In this document: piece after piece, positions 39,303 through 48,797 of the stretch | Position numbering within the stretch: position 1 is the stretch's first letter | Layout of the letters: every line of letters begins with the position of its first letter | NCBI GenBank assembly: GCA_963778545.1 | Contig: CAVZUW010000003.1 | Span: forward strand, 26,365 to 90,364 | DNA: 64,000 nt | Direction: 5' to 3' | Origin: an uncultured Actinomycetes bacterium | GTDB taxonomy: Bacteria; Actinomycetota; UBA4738; HRBIN12 | Made by a program: the position numbers and the translations under genes | The notes under the pieces: model-generated | What the model was told of the DNA's origin: nothing | The model's database searches: none | The model's input: the letters and a program-made list of their open reading frames with translations, nothing else

Positions 39303-39668
39303 GTGGACCATGCCCCCATTCCTCCAGAGCAGTACCGGGCGGGTGTACCACTTCTCTTTCTCGAACTGTTGGCGAAGTCCCCGCGCAACGGCGGAGAGGA
39401 AGCGGTGCAGAAGTACTACGAACTTCGTGATGCGAGAATGATGACACTGGCGAAAGGGACCGCCGCGGCGGCGGTCTCCATCTTGACTGCTTGGTTCATA
39501 CCCTTCCTCAAGAATGAGTACGAGGACGCCCCGGAGTGGTTGATCTTGTGGCCCCCTCTTGCGTTGCTCGTCGTATTGGTGATTGCAGGGGGACTGGCTT
39601 TCATCAACCTAAACAGGATTCACAAATCGCTCATCCGAGCGATGTCTCTCTTGGAGCTCTACCGATGA
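39303..39668 (+). CDS. Hypothetical 2-TM membrane protein in a lower-GC segment
   Basis: 121 aa with two C-terminal TM helices (AAAAVSILTAWFIPFL; LILWPPLALLVVLVIAGGLAFI). AT-richer codons (aaa, ttt, att) are atypical for this genome. Confidence 0.55.
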   Translation: MDHAPIPPEQYRAGVPLLFLELLAKSPRNGGEEAVQKYYELRDARMMTLAKGTAAAAVSILTAWFIPFLKNEYEDAPEWLILWPPLALLVVLVIAGGLAFINLNRIHKSLIRAMSLLELYR

Positions 39669-40177
39669 GGATCGTCGCCGGATCCACAGCGTTTCTTACT
39701 GCCTTGTCCCTTCTAGCTACTGGACTCGCCGTGGCCCTTGCTTTGGTGTGGATCATTCAGCAATCGCGAATGAAATCGGCCAGGGAGAGGGTGGCGGAGT
39801 CCCCGGTCTGGGATCAAGTCGTAGGGTTCTGGACCGAGTCTAAGACGCAGTCAGAGGGCGCCTTTATCAGTCAAGTCCAAGAAAGAATCTCGACGCTTGG
39901 GCAGATATCCGTCAGGTTCGGACGGGTTCTCGACGGGGAGGAGGTCGCCTCTCGGCTTCGCGAGGCGCTCCCGGACGCGAGACAGTTGGAGCAACGACTT
40001 CGCAAGGAACTAGAGAAACAGGGCAGGGTCGTTGGTGCAATCAGTCACTTCCCGATAGAGACGTTGGATGGGAATCAGGAGGCGCTGCTCGTGAGCTACC
40101 TCAGAGAGTGGAAAACGCTAAGGGATCTGGAGGATCGCCTAAGCCGAGAGATATCCCGCCTCTCATTCGCTCTCTGA
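39665..40177 (+). CDS. Hypothetical membrane-anchored coiled-coil protein (N-terminal TM helix)
   Basis: ATGA overlap with the previous gene. MRIVAGSTAFLTALSLLATGLAVALALVWII TM helix, then a charged helical region (RLREALPDARQLEQRLRKELEKQ). Confidence 0.55.
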   Translation: MRIVAGSTAFLTALSLLATGLAVALALVWIIQQSRMKSARERVAESPVWDQVVGFWTESKTQSEGAFISQVQERISTLGQISVRFGRVLDGEEVASRLREALPDARQLEQRLRKELEKQGRVVGAISHFPIETLDGNQEALLVSYLREWKTLRDLEDRLSREISRLSFAL

Positions 40178-40245
40178 CTCGCCGGGGATCACGTCCTCGG
40201 TTGGACGCTTGGGTCCCCCCGCGCCCCGTGCCGAATTCCTCCACG

Positions 40246-40390
40246 TCCCTCATGCTCCCCCGACTTCGAACGAGCCGACAGGATCGGCGAGTTCTGGAGT
40301 TACCGCAGAGCCGCACCTTCGCCGAGTTACTGATCGACTGCGAAAAGAGGATCAGGTGCTGCGAGCGGTGCTGGTCGGAATGTTGCGAGA
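40246..40390. repeat. Copy 1 of a ~145-bp imperfect direct repeat in a 770-bp non-coding stretch
   Basis: Roughly 85% identical to 40643-40790. Shared core ...GGATCGGCGAGTTCTGGAG.TACC..CAGAGCCGCACCTTCGCCGAG...TGATCGACTGCGA... Confidence 0.5.
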
Positions 40391-40642
40391 GGGCCAGCGC
40401 TGGGGTCCCTCCTAGGAACACCCAACCGGCGAGAGTACGTCGATTGAGCGATGCGCACCCTCCTCGGCGTTCCTACGATTCTGATGCGGTTCAGGGACAC
40501 CGGGCTTGCTGTGGTCGGGCCACCGCAAGGGCCTCCCCTCAGGACCATCGAACGGGTCCGCTCGGTGTCCCTGACCGACCACAAGATCACCGAGCCATCG
40601 GGCTTCCCCGCCCCGGTCGGAAGCGAGGGACGGGGCCGGTGT

Positions 40643-40790
40643 TCTCAATGCTCCCCGACTTCGAAACGCCCCACCGGATCGGCGAGTTCTGGAGCTACCC
40701 ACAGAGCCGCACCTTCGCCGAGCTGTTGATCGACTGCGAGGAGGATCGGACGCTCCGTGCGGTGTTGGTCGGATGCTCCGGGAGACTCAG
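40643..40790. repeat. Copy 2 of the ~145-bp imperfect direct repeat
   Basis: See copy 1. The indels between copies do not preserve a reading frame, which argues against protein coding. Confidence 0.5.
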
Positions 40791-40945
40791 CAGGGGCGCT
40801 AGGTGCGGTCGGGAACCGCCCCGCACGGCGAGCAGTCGGAGAAGTTCGCATTCTGTAGGGATTCTGGGGAGTAGACCTTCGGCGGGGCGGCTCCCCAACT
40901 CGTCCGACTGTGTGGCCGGCTTCCAGATGCCACGATTCGCGGGTT

Positions 40946-41287
40946 ATGGCGATCATCGAGATGATCGGAAGGCCCGACTCACGCCCATACGTCGTGGTTC
41001 GGGGACGGTTGACCGACGAAGACGAGGGACGCCTGCTCGCACGTGTCCTGACTTCGCGCCATGTCGATGTCGTGGTCGATCTATGTGAGATCGACGAGGT
41101 GACGGACGAGGGTTGCACCGCGATCAAGAACGTGGCCGAGCACATGGATAAGGATCAGACGATGGTGGTGGTGTACGTCCCCGACCGGGAGGCGACTCGA
41201 CCCCTCGAGCGATCCGGGATTACGGATGATGGCCGGATCGTGCTCGTCGCAGCCTCGCCGTCTCGTCGTATCAGTCTCGAGGTCTGA
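40946..41287 (+). CDS. STAS-domain protein (anti-sigma-factor antagonist-like)
   Basis: 113 aa from ATG 40946. Beta-alpha pattern MAIIEMIGRPDSRPYVVVRGRL...VVVDLCEIDEVTDEGCTAI typical of SpoIIAA/STAS. Confidence 0.6.
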   Translation: MAIIEMIGRPDSRPYVVVRGRLTDEDEGRLLARVLTSRHVDVVVDLCEIDEVTDEGCTAIKNVAEHMDKDQTMVVVYVPDREATRPLERSGITDDGRIVLVAASPSRRISLEV

Positions 41288-41471
41288 CACCCTGGGACAC
41301 CGCGAGCCCGCACCGTACGGCGAGCCGGCGGTCTGAGTCCGCACCGCGAGCCGTCATACACGGGCTGTAGAGCGCTCAGGCGACTCGACCGGCGGCCAAC
41401 CGCGCACGCAGAGTTCGGCGCGAGGAGGTGGGCTATGCATTCGAAGGTCTGCACAGTCTTCCGGACCTAGA

Positions 41472-41723
41472 GTGGCCTCCATGGGTCGCCGCGAGCACGA
41501 CATCTACGAGCATGCCGTCGGCGCGGTGATCGCGCAGGCCGCTGAGGAGAAGCGCGACATCTACGAGCACGCCGTCCTCGCGGTGATCGCGCAGGCCGCC
41601 AGGGAGACCGAGAGGGCCGGCGGGGAGCGCGAGCCTCGTCCGGGCGGAGGAATGAGGGGCATCTGGATCGGGCTCGCCCTATCTCTCCCTATCTGGGGCG
41701 TGATCATCTGGTGGCTGTCATGA
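41472..41723 (+). CDS. Small membrane protein with an internal 20-aa tandem repeat
   Basis: 83 aa. DIYEHAVGAVIAQAAEEKR / DIYEHAVLAVIAQAARETER (60-bp tandem duplication in the DNA). C-terminal TM helix IWIGLALSLPIWGVIIWWL. Confidence 0.45.
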   Translation: MASMGRREHDIYEHAVGAVIAQAAEEKRDIYEHAVLAVIAQAARETERAGGEREPRPGGGMRGIWIGLALSLPIWGVIIWWLS

Positions 41724-41875
41724 GGAACGAATCGTTGAAGTCACCAAGGAGGCGGCGCTCCACTGTCGGAGACCGCCTCGGCGTCACGCCCCGGCACTGG
41801 GCGCACCGGGAGCCCACGCCGCACGGCGAGCCGGGCTGGTGGTCGGAGGACGCAGCGCAGTAGCGTTGCCGCTAA

Positions 41876-42463
41876 GTGCAGAAGCCCGCGTTCATCCTGG
41901 GGGCGCTCGCCCTGGCCGCGATGCTGGCCGCCTGCGGTGGCAGCGGGCCGACCACCGAGAAGGATGGGGAGGGAGCGGTCTGGTCCACCCCCCACGCCTC
42001 CTGGGGCGTCAACCACGCGGGGGTGAAGGTCGGCAGCACATGGTCGGCAGGAGGCGTCCTGCTGTGCAGGACGGGCGAGGCCGTGCCAACGATCGCATCG
42101 GTCGTCCCGGTCCAGGTGTCCGGGGACGTGGAACTCGACAACATCGGGGTCCGCACCGCGAAGAGACCGGGGCCGAGTGGTCCCGCACCCACGGACACCT
42201 ACCTCGTCGGGACGATGCACGGCAAGCCCCCGGGCCTGCAAGCTCCGAGAGGCTACGTCGTGCCGAACGACTGCGGCGATGGTCCCGACGGCAGCCCGGT
42301 CGGCGATCCGATCGGCGAGGTCGTCGTCACGATGACCAGGACGGGGGCCTCCGGCGGCGCGCTGGACGGTCTGCGGGTCGCCTACACCGTCGATGACGAC
42401 GACGAGCAGCACGTCTTCGACATCCACTTCCACTTCGGGTTCAACAAGGCTCAGAGCCGGTAG
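41876..42463 (+). CDS. Lipoprotein, hypothetical
   Basis: GTG start. Signal peptide with lipobox LAACGG. 195 aa, Gly/Pro-rich, no known domain. Confidence 0.6.
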   Translation: MQKPAFILGALALAAMLAACGGSGPTTEKDGEGAVWSTPHASWGVNHAGVKVGSTWSAGGVLLCRTGEAVPTIASVVPVQVSGDVELDNIGVRTAKRPGPSGPAPTDTYLVGTMHGKPPGLQAPRGYVVPNDCGDGPDGSPVGDPIGEVVVTMTRTGASGGALDGLRVAYTVDDDDEQHVFDIHFHFGFNKAQSR

Positions 42464-42520
42464 CGGTGGAAGGGCCGGGCTCGCAGCGGACCCGACCCCT
42501 CCACCCGGGAGACCGTCCCA

Positions 42521-42820
42521 TCACGTCAGCCTGACCGTCGGCGGGTAGTCGCGGGACAGCTCGACGTCGAGGAGGTCCTCCTCCAATAGCGCTGCGGCCA
42601 TCCGGCCAGCCTCGGTGTCGACCAACCGGATCCTCATCTCGGCCGGCGTGAGCCGCTCGGCACAACCGACGATGTGCCGCCCGGCCCTCCAACGGACGCC
42701 GTCGTATACGTCCTGCTCGAGCATGAGCCTGAGCCGCCTTCCCATAGGCAGGCTGCCGAGCCCTGGCTCCAGCTGCGCCGCGATGACCGCCTCCGCCGTC
42801 GTCGGTTGTGCCGTCCTCAT
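42521..42820 (-). CDS. Hypothetical protein (element-borne)
   Basis: 99-aa ORF. Start overlaps the stop of the upstream gene. Confidence 0.4.
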   Translation of the reverse strand: MRTAQPTTAEAVIAAQLEPGLGSLPMGRRLRLMLEQDVYDGVRWRAGRHIVGCAERLTPAEMRIRLVDTEAGRMAAALLEEDLLDVELSRDYPPTVRLT

Positions 42821-43303
42821 CGCTCCTTCTTCCGCTCCCGGATCGCGGCGACCTCCGCGGCCTGTTGCCGGGCTCCTGCCTCGAGCTCCTCCTCCAGGAA
42901 TCGCGGCTTGGGCCGCTGACTGAACTCCTCTGCGGGCGACGCGTAGGCGGGATCGCCGGCCATGAGCGACTCGAACGGCGTCGACCCCTCCTGCGCCGGG
43001 ACGCCGGCGGCGATGGGCACCACCACAGCAGCGGCGGCACTCTCAGCCGCGATCCGGGCCAACCGCTCACGCTCTTCACGCAGCAGATCGCCGAGCACCT
43101 CGCGGCGCACGCATCGCCGACCCAGGTCGTCCTCGACGATCTCGACGCCGCGCTCGAGCAAGGACGAGCTCCCAGCCGACGATGGGTTCGGTGAGGTCGA
43201 GCGACAGATGCCCGATCGGGACCAGCTCGGCCTCGTTCAACCACTGCTTCGCGGCTCTGCGGGCGATCTCGGCGCCCTCGTTCGGTTCGATGTTCTCGTT
43301 CAT
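42817..43303 (-). CDS. Hypothetical phage-related protein with a frameshift near 43150-43165
   Basis: ORF 43076-43303 (MNENIEPNEGAEIARRAAKQWLNEAELVPIGHLSLDLTEPIVGWELVL) continues in ORF 42817-43161 (LERGVEIVEDDLGRR...). Confidence 0.4.
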
Positions 43304-43399
43304 CCTTCACTCCTTCCCTTGTAGACGTGGATCCTCGGGGTTGGCGCATGTTCGACCCTGGTCACACCGTCAAAGGCGATCATCGCCGCGAGCGCCGCC

Positions 43400-44742
43400 G
43401 CGATCGGTGCGCCCTGGGCAACGTCCAGGTCCGGGCGCGGTCCAGACGGTCCCGGCGATCAACCCAGGTTGGCGACGTGCCGCCGCAGCACGCGATCACC
43501 GTCGTGTGACAGGCGCTGCTCGAGGACGGCGTCGAAGAACTGCTGACCACTGCAACGCGAGGCGCTGCGGGCTCCTGGGGACCTTGGTGATCGGCAGGCC
43601 TTCCTCGGCGAGCATCCAGCAGCACCCACGACCAGTCGTGCCTCCGAACACAGGAACTCGTGGACGTTGTAGCGGGCCCAGACGGCCCGGAGCTCGTCGG
43701 CGACGTCGGAGGGATCGACGCGCTCGGCCTCCTCCCAGACCTGATCGGGAAGACGTGCGGCTCGTCGAGCGTGCAGCCGACGATCGCGACGGTGTCGCGA
43801 GCGCGAGCGGCGACGAACGCGACGACGACCTTGGTTCCCTCGGGGATGGCGCGGGCGACCGGCGGCGGCCTCCCACACCCCGTCTGCGAACGCGACGTCG
43901 CGCCCGGTCGTCCATTGGTTCAGGTGCAGCCGTCTGAACTGGTTCTCCGGGAGACGCCGAGCCATATCGACGAGGCGGGCCTGGACCAGGAACGGGTCCG
44001 GCACACGAAGGGCGGGGTTCGCGAGCCGCCACGTCCTCGGCGAGCGGTAGTCGGCCTCGGAGTCTTGGGGAAGACCGACCCACCGATACAGGAACCGCGG
44101 GTCCTTGCCCTCCTCGCCCTCGCGGACGAGATCACCCAGCAGCGAGCCGCGGTCGTAGCCGGCGGTGCGAGATCCCGAGCAGCAGCGGCTCGGTCCGCGC
44201 GCCGAACCCGGACTCGAGGACGTCCCACAACTCGCGCGACGGCTGGACGTGGACCTCGTCGAAGATGACGGCGCTCGGGCGCAGGCCGTGCTTGAGCGGC
44301 GCGTCGGCGCTCATCACCCGCCAGACCAGTCGGTGCCGGGGTCCTCGATCGCGTCGCGGAAGATCCGAAGCGTCGCCGACAGCCGCGGGGAGAACTCGAC
44401 CATCCGCTTGCCGGCGTCGAAGACGATGCGCGCCTGCGGCTTGTCGCCGGCGACCGAGATCACCTCGGCGCCGTAGGTCCCATCGGCGACGAGCATCTTG
44501 GTCCCGACCGCGGCCGCGATCTCCGACTTGCCGTTCTTCCGCGGCAGGCCCCACAGCGCGCGGGTGTAGCACGCGGTGGCCTGCGTGACCTCCCGGAACA
44601 ACTCGGTCAGGAAGTCGCGCTGGAACGCGCGGAGCTTGAACGGCCGGCCCGCCCACCGGTCGGAGGTGTGCCGGAGCTCGCCCTCGATGAAGCGGACCGG
44701 ATCGACGCGGACGAGGCCCCGAGCGCGAGCGCGCTCGGCCAT
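43400..44742 (-). CDS. Terminase large subunit, interrupted by at least two frameshifts. 3' end approximate
   Basis: Walker A GLPRKNGKS in ORF 44314-44742. ...AVIFDEVHVQPSRELWDVLESGFGARTEPLLLGIS in ORF 44132-44656. Nuclease region PENQFRRLHLNQWTTGRDVAFADGVWEAA, ELRAVWARYNVHEF and FFDAVLEQRLSHDGDRVLRRHVANLG in ORFs 43459-44083. Confidence 0.7.
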
Positions 44743-44859
44743 CAGCGTCGCCTTCCGATACTTCTCGGCGAGCTCCTGCTGGAGCGACTTACCTCGGAGC
44801 TGCGACAGGCCGATATGCGTCAGAGCGCGACGGGCTCCCGCCGAACTCGACCGCCAGAC

Positions 44860-45210
44860 GAGCCACCAGGGCGACGGCCTGGCGACCAGGCTCGGAAGGC
44901 CGGGTTCAGGATCGCCCCCCGGCTGCCGGTGACGCAGAGCTCCCCTTCCTCGAGCTCTGCGCGGCGCGCTCGGCCATGCCGACGGCGACGGCGAACTGAC
45001 GGAGCAGCGGCAGGTGGATCGACTGGAGCGCCCCGGCCTCGGCCAGCGGCTCGGCGACCTGGGTCCAGGCCTCCTGCTCGACCGGGCCGAGGTCCGCCGG
45101 CGGCTCCGGGACGGCCTCCAGCGGGGCGAAGCGGATCGGCTGGGGCAGGGCGCGCTTGCCGGGGTTGCCTCGGCGCTTGGCGATCTCGACGGGGACGGGT
45201 CTACGGGGCA
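44860..45210 (-). CDS. Terminase small subunit, P27 family, C-terminal part frameshifted. Coordinates approximate
   Basis: MPRRPVPVEIAKRRGNPGKRALPQPIRFAPLEAVPEPPADLGPVEQEAWTQVAEPLAEAGALQSIHLPLLRQFAVAVGMAERA matches the P27 small terminase family. The C-terminus continues in another frame (...GAILNPAFRAWSPGRRPGG...). Confidence 0.55.
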
Positions 45211-45212
45211 TC

Positions 45213-45475
45213 GACGTCCTCCCAGTCCGGGCCACCTTCCCAGCCAGGACCGCCGGCCAGGAAGCGACGCAGGACCTCGCGGATCTCCTCTGCTCGCGCC
45301 GGGGGGGCCACATCACGGCCTGCATGTAGAGCTGGTCGTCTGGCGTTAGGGCGGTGGAGAGCATGAACACGCCGGTGAGCTCGTCGCCGGGGCGGGTCAG
45401 GACCTTCCGGGCGATCTCGGCGACCTCGTTCAGCGCCTCATCGCTCGGAAGCGTCACCTTCGGTCGGTTCTTCAC
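45213..45475 (-). CDS. Hypothetical small phage protein with a frameshift in a C7/G7 run at 45302-45308
   Basis: VKNRPKVTLPSDEALNEVAEIARKVLTRPGDELTGVFMLSTALTPDDQLYMQAV, then after a 1-nt shift ...PPARAEEIREVLRRFLAGGPGWEGGPDWEDVDAP*. Confidence 0.35.
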
Positions 45476-45610
45476 GTCATCCTCTCCTTCTGGGCCGTTC
45501 TGGGGCGTTCTGGGGCCTGGTACAAGCCCTGGTACAAGCCGGCGGGAAGTGCGGCGGCGCACACCGGCCAAGATGTGGCGGTACTAGCAGCGCGGCTCAA
45601 AGAATCGGTC

Positions 45611-45957
45611 TTCATCGCCGACCTCGCTTCCGCTTCTTCCCGATCTCCGAGTCGCGGTGGTTCTTCTCGTTCGCGTGCATCGCGCACAACGACTGAAGGT
45701 TCTCCTCGTTGTCGTCCTCCACCGAACGCCTTGGCCTGGATGTGGTCGACCGTGGTCGCGACCGCGCCACAGACTCGACAGCCGGGCTCGAGCCGGAGGT
45801 GGGCGGCCCGGATCTTGGGCCAACGTGAGCCGTAGTCCCGCCCTGCGGTGACCCACCCTCCGCCTCGACGGGTGTGGTCGGGGCACCTGCCGCCGTACCT
45901 GGTGCGGTTGGGGCAGCCTGGCTCGGCGCACTGAACGGGCAGCAGGTTCAGGCTCAT
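45611..45957 (-). CDS. HNH endonuclease with a +1 frameshift at the GGTGGAGGA run (~45715-45725)
   Basis: MSLNLLPVQCAEPGCPNRTRYGGRCPDHTRRGGGW...CRVCGAVATTVDHIQAKAFGG, then the shifted frame gives EDDNEENLQSLCAMHANEKNHRDSEIGKKRKRGRR*, completing the HNH motif (DH...N...LC..CHN.K). Confidence 0.7.
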
Positions 45958-46119
45958 GCCGTCCCGCCGTTCAGCACGTGCTCGACCACGATCGCGGTCC
46001 ACGTAGCACGGCCAGGTGGAGGCTCCACGCCGAGGGTGTTCAGCTCGAACGCGGCGGCCGTCTTCGGGCTGCCTGCGCCGGCGTGTGCAACCAGGGTCTC
46101 GCGGACGGTCCGGGCGATC

Positions 46120-48172
46120 TCACCCAGGGGATACAGTGCCGAAGACCCTGGCCCATCCTGGCCCACCGCCTCTGACCTGCGGGAATCGCTCTGAGCCACC
46201 CTGGCCCGGATCCTGGCCCAGCGTGGCCTGGGCCGGGATGGGCCGGGGTCCGTCCAACTGTTCTTCCAGGAGATCGTCATCGTCGGGGTCGGCTGGGCCT
46301 CGGAGGCCGATGCCCTCGATGTATCGGTCTCGGATCTCGCTCGCAGGGGTCCGGTGCCGAACCTCACGCAGGCCGGGGTAGGCGGCGTGCAAGTCTCGGA
46401 ACAGCACCGCCTTGGTGCCGGCGCGGTCCTTGCCCTCGTCCTGGCACCAGTCCTTCCACGCCGTCCAGAGCTCGTCCTTGCGAACCTCATGGACCGGCAC
46501 CGACGACGCAACGGTCCCGTACGAACGCGGAGACCGGGGAAGCGAGATCCTGGAGGCGCTGGAGGGCGGCCTCGGGACGACTGCGGGCATCTCGAAGTAG
46601 CCGCGAGCGTTCAGGCGATCCAGACCGTCGAGGGACCAGTTGAAGATGCCGGGTGCCTCGGCCAGCAAGGCATCGGTGAGCCCTGGGTCCTCCTGTCCGA
46701 AGAAGCTGTTCGTGAGCACCAGGACGATGAACCGGGACGCGAGGGCGCCGGATGCGTCGGTGAACCTGGGGACCTCGTTCGTCAGGACCATGAACCGCGT
46801 CGGGAGTCTGCCCGTCCAGGGGTCGCGGTACTTCCGGTCGATCGTCAGCGAGTCCTCGCCGGAGATCGACAGCAGCCGCTCGACCGCGACCGTCCCGTCC
46901 GCCCGCGTTGATAGGCGTGCATCGGAGATCAGCCCGAGCGGTCTTCCGATGAGCGGGGACAGGCCGAAGTTGGTCGTGAGCCCCGCGAGGGTCGGCGCGG
47001 CGACGTTGTGGGCGCCCAGCAGACCGGTCAGGACGCGACCGATCGTGCCCTTGCCCGAGCGGAGCGGCCCGACGAGCATGAAGATCTTCTGCAGGTCCGT
47101 GCCGCCTCCCAGGATGTAGCCCATCACCTCGGCCAGCGCGTCACGGGACTGCTCGTCCTCGGGCCACAACTCCTCGAGGAACCGGAGCCACCGGGCCGGG
47201 CGTCGGCGCCGTGCGGTCGTACTCGAACGGCAGGACATGCGGGGCGAAGTACGCGGGGGTGTGCGGGATCAGCTTGCGCGTCGAGATGGTCAGCAGCCCG
47301 TTCGCGAGTGGCACAACCTGACCCTGGTCCTCCCCCACGATCCACGCCGGCGTGGTGATGTGCATGTCCAGGTGGGTGTTGGCCCGGATGGCGTCGATGA
47401 GGTCGGCGATCTTGTAGCGGGTCGGCTCGAAGTCGACGAGCTCCACGTCGTCCTTGACCTTCTTCCAGTACTTGGCGCCGTCCAGCCACCGGTACAGGTC
47501 GCTCTCGAGACGGCGTTCGTCGAACTCGGGCCACGAGGTGCCGTCGTAGCGGTGGAACGTGTTGCGGTGATGGCGGACGAGCGACTCGACGACGTCATCG
47601 GGGTAGTGGTGCTCCAGGAACATCTTCCCGACGGCGTAGGGGTTCGACGGCGCGGGGACGGTCAGCGTCTCGACCGGCGCCAGCTTGGGCAGGTCCCGCG
47701 TGAACTCGTCGTGGAGGTCTTCGGCCGTCGGGTCCGTCACGCCGGCCTCCTCAGGTCGTGGCCGAGCTCGCGCCAGCGGTCCAGGTCGGTCGTCGAAGGC
47801 AGAGGGCGTCGGCATTCCGGGGCAGCGATCGTGGCCGCGACGCAGGAGCCGGCGGTTCGCGTCGATAACGTCACGCGGTACGCGCTGGTCGCCCTCGAAC
47901 AGGTGGCGGCAGCCCCGCCAGATCGCGGTCTCGAGGAACGCCGCGTTCTCCGAGCGGCGAGTTCGGGCCATCATCTCGAGCAGCGCCTTGCACTTCGCTT
48001 CGACGGTCAGCTCGGGATCGTCGGCGACGAGACGGGCGGCGGTCTCCCAGCGCCTGATCTCGGCGAGGACTCGTTCGGTCGCTTCGTCGGTGTAGGATTC
48101 GGGCTGGCGGTACGTCTTGGTAGTGGCGTTGGCCCCGGAGCCCTCCGGGGCCGTTCGCTGTCCAGGGTTCAT
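46120..48172 (-). CDS. Phage/plasmid primase, P4/D5 family (primase C-terminal domain plus D5-type NTPase), frameshift in 47141-47238
   Basis: ORF 47141-48172 (...NGLLTISTRKLIPHTPAYFAPHVLPFEYDRTAPTP) and ORF 46120-47238 (RWLRFLEELWPEDEQSRDALAEVMGYILGGGTDLQKIFMLVGPLRSGKGT...) together make the TIGR01613-like domain and a Walker A motif. Confidence 0.8.
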
Positions 48173-48420
48173 CCCGAACCACCCGACCTGCGAGCAGCCC
48201 GGACCTTGGCGCTCTTGTAGGCTAGGCCGAGCATGTAGGCCTTGCGGGCGTGCTCGGCACGACGTGCGCGCTCGGCGGGATCCAGCACTCCGTCGGGATC
48301 GACCTGACGCTCGAACCGCTCGGCGTTGGCCTTGCGGGCTGCCTCCGTCGTCTTACGCGCATCGTGCATCGAATGCGCGGCGACTTGGTGGCGAAGGGAC
48401 TTCTCAACGACTGAACCCAC
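48169..48420 (-). CDS. Hypothetical small basic protein (element-borne)
   Basis: 83-aa ORF reads protein-like (AERARRAEHARKAYMLGLAYKSAKVRAAR). No known domain. Confidence 0.4.
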   Translation of the reverse strand: MGSVVEKSLRHQVAAHSMHDARKTTEAARKANAERFERQVDPDGVLDPAERARRAEHARKAYMLGLAYKSAKVRAARRSGGSG

Positions 48421-48559
48421 GGCCCACCTCCTCGGTGGTCACCGTGGGTCCCTGGTCCCACGACACCCGGCGTCTGCCGGAGAGCCGATATCGAGGGTGA
48501 TTCTAGGGGTCCGGCGTACGACGTGCAACGACGGCGTCGCTGACAGGACTTGCCCGTCC

Positions 48560-48797
48560 CCGGTGTCCGCCGACGGAAGTGGACGGCCACGCTACCGTCG
48601 CGTTGTGCCGTCTCGAACTCGGTCTTCTCGATCGCCACCACACCGTGCTTCGGACACATCGACACGACGGAGTACTCGCCCTCCAGCACGATGTCGGCCG
48701 CGCTTCGGACGCCGACCCACCGCTCCCATGTTCCGGGTCTCAGGCGCCGGCCACAGATCTTCCCGCGACCGTCAGAGATGCCACACAGCAGCTTCAC
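48560..48797 (-). CDS. Putative small Cys-rich (zinc-finger-like) protein, translationally coupled to the integrase. 3' end uncertain
   Basis: GTG at 48797 overlaps the integrase stop (GTGA). VKLLCGISDGRGKICGRRLRPGTWERWVGVRSAADIVLEGEYSVVSMCPKHGVVAIEKTEFETAQRDGSVAVHF. Downstream the frame degenerates to Arg/Pro-rich junk. Confidence 0.3.

Noticed and set aside
40246-40790. Possibility that the paired 145-bp repeats form a CRISPR array or encode paralogous small proteins
   Set aside because: There are only two copies, 400 bp apart and far longer than CRISPR repeats. Indels between copies destroy any shared reading frame. Kept as non-coding repeats.
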